Assembly: GCF_000143415.4 (NCBI RefSeq)
Contig: NW_003314310.1
Span: forward strand, 924,611 to 988,610
DNA from: Selaginella moellendorffii
Lineage: Eukaryota > Plantae > Lycopodiophyta
Direction: 5' to 3'
DNA length: 64,000 nt
Of the stretch, positions 12,557-22,597 are shown piece by piece. The notes under the pieces were generated by a model, which did no database searches, was not told where the DNA came from, and saw nothing but the letters and a program-made list of their open reading frames with translations. Position numbers and translations under genes: made by a program. Position 1 is the first letter of the stretch, and the number at the start of each line of letters is the position of its first letter.

Positions 12557-13194
12557 TGGCATGTGGCCTTACGCCATTCCTAGGTGAGATGATACAAATA
12601 ACAAGTATAAATTCTTAGTTGTTCTAGCAAATCTTACTTAAAGTTCAAGGTGAACAAGCCGAATATGAATTCATCGGATTGTTATAACAAATTGCGAGGT
12701 GATGGCATGAGGCGATACGCCATTTGAGAGTGGTAGCCATTCCTATATGAGGTGAGTGAAGTATTTATTAGAAATACCTCATTCAATTGTGCACTTCTAA
12801 GTCTTGGTCCACTTAGTACTGTTTGCATGTTTTTATTTTAATTCTTTCTCTAAAATGTTATTTAGCATGTGGCTTCATGCCATTGCTCTCCACAATCATG
12901 CATTGAATTTCTATCCTTGCATAATACTTCTCCATATATATAGCATGTGCGCACATGTGATATGGTTCATTAGGCCTGATATAGTGTGTGAGGTAAAACA
13001 AAGATGATGTGACATATGCATTTACCAATCACACGTGCATAAATCTAATAATATGGCGTGTGGCCCATATTAATGGCACATAAACCCATATTGTGGGCTT
13101 ACGTGCTTTATGTACCATCATTCCCTTGCAGCGTGTGTGTTGGTTTCCTTTTATAACACAACGAACTCCATATTTTAGGGTGAAGAGCGTTCTC

Positions 13195-13452
13195 ATGGCA
13201 AGCACAAAATCTGTAAGTGAGGCAGAAAAGGAGACGGAGAAGGAGATAGGTGAAGATGTAGAATATATAAGTCTTCCAAACTCCCCGTACTATACTCCAG
13301 GTGATCATTTTTCTGAACAAACGGCAACATTAACAACTATCGAGAACGCCCCAGTAACGTCAGAGACAACAATCCAAAGCAAAACAACTGACCCGGAGAA
13401 GGATGATAGTACCGCTGAGAGTACCAAAAAGGAGGTGTCCACTAGCGCTTAG
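13195..13452 (+). CDS. Small acidic Ser/Thr-rich ORF or exon (85 aa), unknown function
   Basis: MASTKSVSEAEKETEKEIGEDVEYISLPNSPYY...; preceded by a TTTTAG acceptor at 13178; open in all three copies (32136-32393; 57457-57200). Confidence 0.35.
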   Translation: MASTKSVSEAEKETEKEIGEDVEYISLPNSPYYTPGDHFSEQTATLTTIENAPVTSETTIQSKTTDPEKDDSTAESTKKEVSTSA

Positions 13453-14088
13453 GCTTATAATGGCATGTGCCCTCATGCCATTTACTTGATCACCAAATAC
13501 CTTTTTCCCTTTGCACTAGTATATCTTAATACCGGTCTGAGAAATAGAATGGCATGTGCCCTCAGGCCTTTTACTAAATCACCTTTGAAAGAAATGCAAG
13601 CCTCTATGTCGTAAAAAAAAGGTACTAGAGAAATTCCTTAATAATATGAATGTTATTTAGTTTCATGAAAATACACTAAGGGTCAAATGAGTTAAATGAC
13701 TTCTCCAGACTAGCAATGCCTCTTGCTACACCTTCACAATTAGATTCGTTAGAAAAAGATAACATTGAATAATATCTAAATGTTCTCACCATTAAGTTAT
13801 ATGTCTGGCTAATAGGAATGATGTTCATCTTGGAAAGCTCACCACACGCTCAATGAACAAACAAATAGTGTGTGCGCGCATGCCATCGCTCTTCTTTAGC
13901 TTCAGATTCGGCTTGTTCACCTTGACAATGAGATTTATTATACAACCAGATGGACTCAGTCTGGACATAAGGTCACCGCGCTAGTCACCATGCCCTAGAT
14001 ATGTCTAGCCCCTGGACAAAAAACATATAATTTCACGTCATTTTCAAATACTTGAAATTTTGTACCTAGTCCCATTTTACTGAATAAA

Positions 14089-14112
14089 TCCCACTTTAAC
14101 GAAATAGAGCAT
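14089..14112 (-). repeat. Right TIR, copy 1
   Basis: TCCCACTTTAACGAAATAGAGCAT followed by TSD CTTG. Confidence 0.9.
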
Positions 14113-17018
14113 CTTGACAAAAACCTAGACACTAATAAGTAGTGTTATAAGGGTAGACTCGTGGGGCCGATGGTGTGGAGACACCAAATGTGCCAAGGTG
14201 TGATACCTGGAGGTTATGATGGTGTGTTCATAAGAACCTCTTGCCAAGGGAATCCCAACGGAAGTGGGAATGACATGGCTTAAGCTGGAAAGCATGCGGT
14301 TGGAGTGTGGTGACCCAGATAATGATGGAGGTGTGGAAGCACTAAGCAATGAGTTGTAGGACTTGACAATTATGGGGCAACTAAGTAAGAGGTGCAAGAT
14401 AATTGGTTAAATGGGTAGAAAGTAGCTACCCAAGACTTCTTAATGGCATAAGGAAGTTAGATATACCCTTACGGGGGATAAATTGCTTATGTTGCGATAT
14501 AGTAAGTCAATGTCATAAACGGGAATGCTCATTGTCAGAAGGCCATCATTGGGACACCCAAACACTCTAGAACACCAGGAGGTGGTGTTTCGTGTCGCAA
14601 GGGCAATAGATAAAGCCCAAGGGACTAAGTCCCTAGCGAATGATGAATAGTAGATGCTATCCAAATGTCCAAAGTTGTGGAGACAGGAGAAGACTGTCTA
14701 CCAAAATTGGACAAAGCCAAAAATGGAATTTTGGCAAGGCTAGTGATGGGCATGTAAGGGCCCATAAGCAGTAACGTTAATCTCAATGTGTGGGATTATA
14801 AGGTGAGCATGCCCAAGATTGAGGAACTACTCCCTAGGTTATCAGGTAGGTTTATCCCTAAGAATACTTGCTAAGGCATAGTAAAATGTGCAAAGCTATC
14901 CTCCTAGTCTGGAGGAGAATAACCTAAGGAAACATATGGGGCTAAAAGGCAAGTGGTATTGGGATGGAACTGAACCATAGAAATCGAAGGGCATATCCAA
15001 CGGTGGTTATGCAAATTGGGAGTGGAGAATCAAGAGGGTGCTCGAGGATGTTGTTGCTAGCAACCGTGATGCCATAGAGTCTAAAATATGGAATTGTCCA
15101 TGTTAGACTATATGGCAACTATAAAGCTTGCGAAAAGGGAGGCCTTAGCAAGCTAAGGGACAGAGTTCCTTCAAGGTTCCCAAAGACGATTCTAGGTAGC
15201 TTAGTACCTAAAAAGGCCAAGTGTAAATGGTTCATAAAACGCGCGAAATCAGAGTGGCGCAGCAGAAGCGTGGTCTTGAAGCTTGCCATGAGGCAAAGTT
15301 ATCAAGGTTAGGGAAGTAGTTCCCGAGTGTTCAAAGAAAGGGCTTTGAACGAAAGTCGATGGCCAAGAATTTTCACGCTTATGCAGGAACCATGTTACAG
15401 TGGTCGGAGGACTTGCCAAGCGTGATTGGCAAGTCGGGGGAACAAATGCCCTAGTTGAAGGTGATAACTTAAAAAAGGGTGGGCCATGGGGCCGAGCATG
15501 GAGGAGTCCATGCATGATCACAGACTTGTCAAGCGAGAGGACTTGGCAGTGCGGAGGAACTAGGTTCCTAAGCTGTGATTTATAGCACGCTTTAAATATA
15601 AGTTGGTGCACCGACGTGGGGAGTCACGCCAAGCATCCGGTGTGATGCCATCCGTAGATGCATATATGGAGGTTGGGTTCGAGTCCCAACCCTTTAGTGC
15701 TTGGGTTCAAGTCCCAAATCACTAGGGCGTGGTGATGGTTTGGAATATGAGGACATTCATTTTTCGGTGGTCATGGACTCTCAGTAAGGAGACTGGTTTG
15801 GGCACACTGCCAAGCGAGGGATGCCTCGGAGTCGTGATGCACAGTTAGATTGCTTAGAGTGAAAGCTTGGCATATCTAACTTGAAGACTTTGGTGCAAAG
15901 GTACCAAGGACGTGGTGAATGAGATGGGGACACCCAGTCTCAGTTGCTATGGATCCTTGGCCGGAAGGGTTGGCTTGGGCGCACCACCAAGTGTGAGGGA
16001 TGCCCCCGGGGTCATAGTGAACAACATGGAGGGGTCTAGAAGACCTAGTTCCTATGGGTAGACATATTAAGGGGTCAAGATGAGATCATCAGGTGATTTT
16101 GTGGCTAAACAAGGATAAGGTCTTTGTTTGGGTTAAGGAATATGATTCCTAATTCAAAGTGTTGATTTGAACTATTGATAATGGTGCGGCTTGGTCAAGG
16201 TGACCAAGTGGGAAGAACACCTAAGGGAAATGAGCTATGTCAATGTTGTGGCATAGTAAGTCCGAGGAAGGTAGTTTCTATAAGAGATCCAAGAAAGGAT
16301 CTCAAAAGTTGGGCCGTGGATAGAGCCCATAGCAGAAAATGTTAAAGAGACGTACTAGGGGTGAACACCCTCTGGACTTGGCAAAGCAAAGTGTTTGCTA
16401 TGGAACTGAAAGGAAACCTCAAAAATGGAGGTAGCGATCCTATGTTGCTAGGTGCAACAATCAAGGATAGGAGCAAAAGACTAGTGGCTAAGAAAAGAGC
16501 CATGGGAATCCTGGGAAAGAATCCAAATAGTAAAGTTAGGTCGAGAACACTAATGTGTTGGGTGCTAACGGATTGTAAGCTCTATTTCGTTAAAGTGGGA
16601 ATTGTCATTATCCCACTTGTAAAATAAGGTTTCCAAACCTTTATATAGTATATAAATATAACAAAATTCAACTGCATTGAGGCACATGCCATTTTATTTT
16701 AAACAAGGAAATGTCTACTCAATCACTTCTCCTCCCCCTGCCACTGCTTCACCTCTCTCTTCTCCTTGTCATCGTCATCCAATTTCTTTCCATCCTTTTA
16801 ATATTGGCTCAGTTGCTCCGAGTCTAGGTGGAGCCCAAGTCCCCATTCAATCTTTACTTTCCCCTTATTAATAAAACAACTTCGTAGACTTCCAATAACA
16901 TGCTGTAACACTTCTAGTATAATGCAAATCCTCTCAAAGAATTGTCTTTTAATATTAATACAATGGCATGGAACCCCATGCCATAATAAGTTACATTTTT
17001 AAATAAATACATGCCATC

Positions 17019-20000
17019 TCAGACTGTTATTTTTTGCCTCCAACGCCTATACAATAATCTTGGAATTTCATCACTCTCCACACTATCAGGATTTAAACCC
17101 AATAGTAATGCCATCTCTTCTCTAATACGTCCACGCTCATGTTCAGTGGTCGAAGAACCCATCCGGTTGAGCAGATTATGGAGATGCGGATAGTGCTTGG
17201 CTAGACAATATACATGCCATAAATGATGACTGGTGTCTGTCCGATCAAATGGCTTCTGATATACAGTTCCATCTGCCATTTGGTTGATTTTTGCAGCCAC
17301 CTCCTGGACTGGCCAGTTCTCTATCACCATCGCTTCAAGCCGTTTTGCAAGGTCCCCCAGAACATACGGTTTCTTCTCCCTAGTTTCCATACTGCAAGAG
17401 ATGGGGTGCACTGCATATGTATGCGTGTTCGCTGCAGTTTTAATCGGCGAGTCATCGATGATGAGGATTTCACTTGACCTAGCAGTCCAGTTCATCACTA
17501 CAGCCTCTGCCTTGACGAAGATGGGCTTGCTACCCCTCACATGGACCATAGTCAAGCAATCCTCCTGCGTTAGGAGAAAGTCAAATGGTAATATTACTCG
17601 CGTCTGATCGTGCATCATCTGTAGCAACGTTAATGCATTGTGGCGCATCATGGATATCCAAACTCCCAATTGCAAATTGAACCCGGCCCTCTGTTTTAAG
17701 TGTCGCATGGTCATTATTAGATCCCGCAGTTTCTCCCGTGTGATTAATGTGAATCTGTCTCTTTTGACCAACTTGCAACCGCAGGCTTTGGAGGGTGCAG
17801 TGACATTCGAGGACGAGCCACGCTCATGGGAGAAAAGGACACCGTTCAGATCAAAAACGATACAGTACTTTCGCCATGACTCTGAAATGAAATGCGTCAG
17901 CATAAAAAATGGTACAAGTCAATTTTACCATCTACAATATTAGCGAATGGTGCTCCCGATGGTCGTTCAGAGGGTTTTGGTCGAGGAAACGTGAAGGGCG
18001 GAAATACTCTCCTCTGCAATGTGGGGTCAATCGCATCCGATGGCGTGTGGGCACATGCCATTTCAGCTGTAGACTCTGGTACAACTGGCTCAACAGTGGC
18101 ATGGGGTGGTTCCGATGGCGTGTGATCACACGCCATTTCAGCTGGTGTCTCCGTTGGCAAAGTGGACATGACCGAACAGGCAGCAGGGGCGGTGTAGGGA
18201 GGTTCCAACGGCGCGTAGTCAGATGATTGGGCACACGTTGAGTCCGTTGGAAATGAGGATACGACCGGCTCGGCGGCTGGGGCGGCCTCATGCGGGTCCA
18301 ATGGCGCCTGGTCACCGTCAGTTGGATACGTGGGCAAGATTGACTCAGTGGTATGGGCAGCATCAAGTGGATCGTGGTCAGCTTGCTTGGCGTTGATATG
18401 GATAGTAGCGTCCACCAGCTCTGATGACTCTTGCAGGCAAGTAGAGTCCACTGGCGGATCCATATGCATGTCCAAATATCTCCCTTCGATTGAGATGGTA
18501 TCCTCCCTACTGGCTACTAAAAACAAACTCATTAGCACATTGAATCGACTATACTGTATTTACCATCAACTGCTATTGGGCGCACTGCTGATTCTGAAGG
18601 ATTGGACATACGTTTCGACCCTTGTTTGGCACTATCCTTCCTCGACACTAAAGGCTAGAGTTTGTATCTTAATTCAACTGAATAATCTCTACTTACCATT
18701 TCTTCTGCGACCTACATGGACAATGTTAGAAATGGTAAAAGGTTAGGAATGGATGTACTATTATTTACCTGATGGTTTGTCTTGTATGACCTTCCTCTGC
18801 TGCTCTTTGGCCACCTCAAGCTGGCCATCGTCGTCATCATCGTCATCGTCGTTATTATGATCGTCACCATTGTGAGGACCATCCAAGTCCTCTTCGTCCT
18901 CCTCTTCTTCGTCCTCCTCTTCTTCGTCCTCCTCTTCGTCCTTCTGCTCTTCCTGCTCATTATCTTTCTCTGGCTCCTCATCCCCCTCCTGCATTTCTTC
19001 CATAGGCTGCTCAGGCTGGATGGCTTGTTTTTCCAGGACCATCTTGGGAAAATCATCTGGCCGAGTCTCCATCTCAAAATACAAGACATCCATAGCCTGT
19101 TTCAGTGCTTGACCTAGGACCGTATCCTCACCCGACTGTCTTAACATGGTTTCTGCACGTTCTTGCACCCTTCGAAGACGACGAGATGAGAAAAACGTGG
19201 CCCTGACTTGAAAAGCATCCCTCATCCATTGTACCTCTCCATTGAGATTAGGGAAGGGGAGTCCGCCATAGGAATCTGAGTCAGGAGGTGGTGACTGGCT
19301 CCTTTCACTCAGCCCTTGATCTGCAATGAATGGCATGAGCACACACGCCATAACCGCGAGGCATTACCTATCATCTTTTCGTTGCCCTTCTTCCTTTTTG
19401 AATCAAACGCCTCTGATCCCGACGACTGTCCAACGTGCTTTCGCTTTTTATGACCACTGTCAGTTTGAGCTTGACTGGTGCTTGCCTGTTTTGCCTTTGA
19501 AGAAGTGTCTCCTACAAGGAATGGCATGAGACCACACGCCATTGCAAATATAATTTGTACCTCCTTTTTTCCTATTGCTTGTCTGTTTGTCCTTCTTCGA
19601 CGCGCCACCAGTGCGCTTTTCAGTCCTCGTGTCTGAATATTCACAACGATCTATAATCAAAATGGCGTGAGGCCTCACGTGACCTTACCTTGTGCAGGTT
19701 GTGAGCTCGGCCTAACATCAGTAGCTGTTAACGCCGTTTCAGCATCTGGGGGTGGCCACGCTCCTGCATACAGAGTTTGTGAGATAACATTTAAACTTAA
19801 AGTGCGTACTCACCAGGTTCGCAGAGAAGATACTGTTTTTCTTTGGCAACTTTAATTATATGCTCCATTGAAGTCACCTCTTCAATGGAGTTTGTCACCG
19901 CAACACACGGGACACCCTTGAGTAGTGTGGCTCGAAAGAATAGTCCGCCGCAGTTGTACTCGACAACGCATTTGCCCTTGGTGTCACCCGCTATTGCGTT

Positions 20001-22597
20001 GAAGACCCAGCTGAGCATTTCCCATGCTGCACCTGGAGCTTTCTTTGGATTCGAAAGCTCCATAGCCGTCTTCAATTCCTCAGGCACGGGTAAATTGACC
20101 TCCCTCAGATCAATTCGATCGGCCTTGTCGAACGAAGCTGGGAAGTCACTCCAGTCCCACTCTGCTGCAGGACCAATAACAAGGGCGAGTGTGAAGATGC
20201 GGACATTCGTCGGTATCTTCTTCTTAGCCATTATCCCATGGATCTCCCGCATCTCCTTGCCTTTCAACCGAGCCTTCACCTCGTTCAAGGCCTTCCAGAA
20301 CTTGTGATAGGATTCGGAGTCGTAGATCATATAGTGGACTGAAGATTCCACCTCCGCAAGTCCCACCATTAAGTCAATGATGGAGCTGACTTCGTCTGCA
20401 TGAGTGATCTCTTCGTTTGTGAAGTCCATCACACAAAAGATGTTCTTGACCTGCTCATCTCCGCGGGAAACGATGCTCCTCCACTTTTGATCCTCATCCG
20501 AATTCACGTATACCCGGTAAGGTTCTCGATAGGCCTCTGCTGCGGGGTCGAGCTGTTTCTGAAGCTGGCGGTCGACATCCCTCTTAATGAAATTTGGATA
20601 CTGATCCAACTTCTCAGCTTTACTTTTCGTGGCATCCCGCAGCAGATCGATGAACTTGGGGGCTCCCTTCACGTACTCGTCGATGTCTTCATTTGACAAC
20701 TCCAGCTCTTCCATCATCTCTTGCGTGGTGTCGATGCTCACCCTCTCCACGGCCACTTGCTCGAAGATCCAATCCTTCAATAGCGCACGAGCTCTCAGAG
20801 TCGTGCACAAGTCCTCGTATGTCACAATATGGCCGGGAGTCATTTTGGTCTTGTTGAAGACTACCTCACCACGTAGAAGAGCATTAGCCACTGTCAGAAG
20901 GTCGTCATCGTCTAGAGACCGCGAGAAACGCAAGGCGTTGAGCTTCAAATCATTGGGCTTCCGGCCGTCCTCCACACCCATTGAGTTTAGCAACTCCCCG
21001 TCATGGTACCTCCTCAGCACATCTACCCATTTGTCAAAAACAACTTTTGTCGCGAGTAGAATGTTATGGATGCTGAGTGTGTCATTGACCCCCAGTGTTT
21101 TTGAGAGAAGACTCGAGAATTCCTGCAATGGAAATGGCGTGAGGCCACATGCTATGCCACATGCAACGAGGCTTACCTGCCAGGCGCTAGTTGCTAGTGC
21201 ACGTCTTTGTCCTGGTTTTTGTGGCTTCTTCAGTTGAACCCAGAGTTTCCGTGTTCGTGCCAATGTCTCGTGCAGACCCGATTTGTAGCACGTTTCTTGC
21301 TTGACATTCTGCGCGTGGGAGATGGATATGATAGATCGGAGGGGCAAGTTGCCTTTTATCAGGCGGACAACTCTTGTCTTGAAGACTTTCTTCACCTCCT
21401 CGCCCACCATAATATCCAGAACTATCTCTTGCATCGCCAAGCTAGAATGCTGCCCGGAGACGGCATAGAACCGGATGTTCTGATCGTCCAACACCTTCCT
21501 ATTGATCAAGTTTGGAAACCTCGTCTCGCCCTTCATTGTTTGGTAGTAGGGGATCACGTCTGCGATGTCGGGTGTTACTGGACTTGCCAGCATTTTTTGC
21601 TTCAGTTTCTCCACCCACTCATCAGATACTAGCCTGTGGTTGTATTTGCTTTGGATGTCGATACGGCTCATGTCGATTGTATATACTTTGTTGGAATAGT
21701 AACAAGTACTATTATCTGCGACGATTTTTGCTGCCTCTTCTTGCTCTTTCTGCTCTTTGCGGCTCTTCTTTTTGGTGGGTGTAGTGTTCGAACCCGAGGC
21801 AATGGCATCACCGAGTAGCTTCTTTTTTGGAGCAGCAGAGTCGGACGTCGGCTTGAGCTTGACCACCCTTTTCTGCTTCGGGGTAGTTTCCAGATCGACC
21901 CCCTTCCCCTTCGCTTCGCGAACTGGAGGCACTCTCAACGGCTCAATGTTGGAATATAGTTTTTGAACATCGCCGTAGGTGAGGTCCGTGGATTCCATGT
22001 GATCTTCATAGACCCGCAGCGTCTTTGAAATTGTGGGCCTCCTGGACAACCTCTCCCTAGCTCCCTCTAGGAATTCCTCATAGCCGCTGCCCCCCTCCGG
22101 GAAGCCGCTAGGATGTACAAGGTGGATCTTGAAGGCGGACGCTGTCTCTACCACAAGTGCCAGTCCATATTCTTGCATGGAACTGCATGGAGTGTCTGTC
22201 ACTTGGATGAGGATCCCCATGCATTCTTTTCTCCCACCATCTGTGTTGTACAGCATCAGATCCTCGCCTTCCATCCCGAAAGTCCAACTGGTGAGCTCCT
22301 CCCCCTTCTCTGCATCCACATTGACAGTGGCTGGAAGAAGAACGCAATTCCTCGCCTGTTCAGAAATGCACAACAATTAGAGCTGACAGATGAAAAGCTA
22401 GCAGCTGGAAATAACGTGAGGCCACACGCCATTCACCACTGCATCAGATGTCTTGAGGCTGCATCCTAAGATGGCGTGAGGCTACACGCCATCTGTAACC
22501 GGACTACACTCGAGAGCCCAATCGGTGCATGCCAATGTTGCTACTGAATGGCATGTGGCCTCATGCCATTTTCTACTTGGCCTAAAAGACTTACCAT
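17019..22597 (-). CDS. Transposon cargo gene, 11 exons, predicted 1627 aa: ParB/Srx-like + degenerate N4/N6 MTase-like + acidic/basic linker + FCP1/NIF-like HAD phosphatase; open in copy 2
   Basis: Exons 22597-22595 (ATG), 22355-21177, 21122-19814, 19763-19689, 19632-19561, 19511-19368, 19320-18769, 18711-18697, 18647-18564, 18516-17929, 17881-17019; total 4884 nt with no internal stop. All introns are GT-AG; nine are 47-57 nt; introns 3-10 are all phase 1. Motifs: IDMSRIDIQSKYNHR...FYAVSGQHSSLA (ParB-like); NPKKAP...CVVEYNCGGLFFRATLLKGVPCVAV (MTase motif X/I-like); IVFDLNGVL...GVWIS...TQEDC...KPIFVK...LIIDDSPIK (NIF/HAD). Confidence 0.75.

Larger units (their letters stand above)
1100..13886. 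repeat. Dispersed 22-bp palindrome family ATGGCRTGnGGCCnCAYGCCAT, ~28 copies in element copy 1
   Basis: Starts at 1100, 2177, 2252, 3494, 3685, 3826, 5297, 6574, 6634, 6711, 7490, 7569, 8433, 8505, 8541, 9143, 9241, 9311, 11157, 11214, 12556, 12702, 12862, 12940, 13053, 13460, 13549, 13865, plus half-sites. Most orthologous sites are present in copies 2 and 3. Confidence 0.93.
704..14112 (+). mobile_element. Large TIR DNA transposon, Sola1-like, copy 1 (13,409 bp)
   Basis: TIRs 704-727 (AAACTCTATTTCGTTAAAGTGGGA) and 14089-14112 (TCCCACTTTAACGAAATAGAGCAT). TSD CTTG at 700-703 and 14113-14116. Removing the element restores host sequence seen uninterrupted (reverse complement) near 41570-41620. 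Encodes a DDD-type transposase. Confidence 0.92.

Noticed and set aside
1100-13886. Palindromic repeats as a CRISPR array
   Set aside because: Spacing is irregular (tens of bp to about 1.8 kb), repeats are degenerate and lie in introns and exons, there are no cas genes, and the context is eukaryotic.
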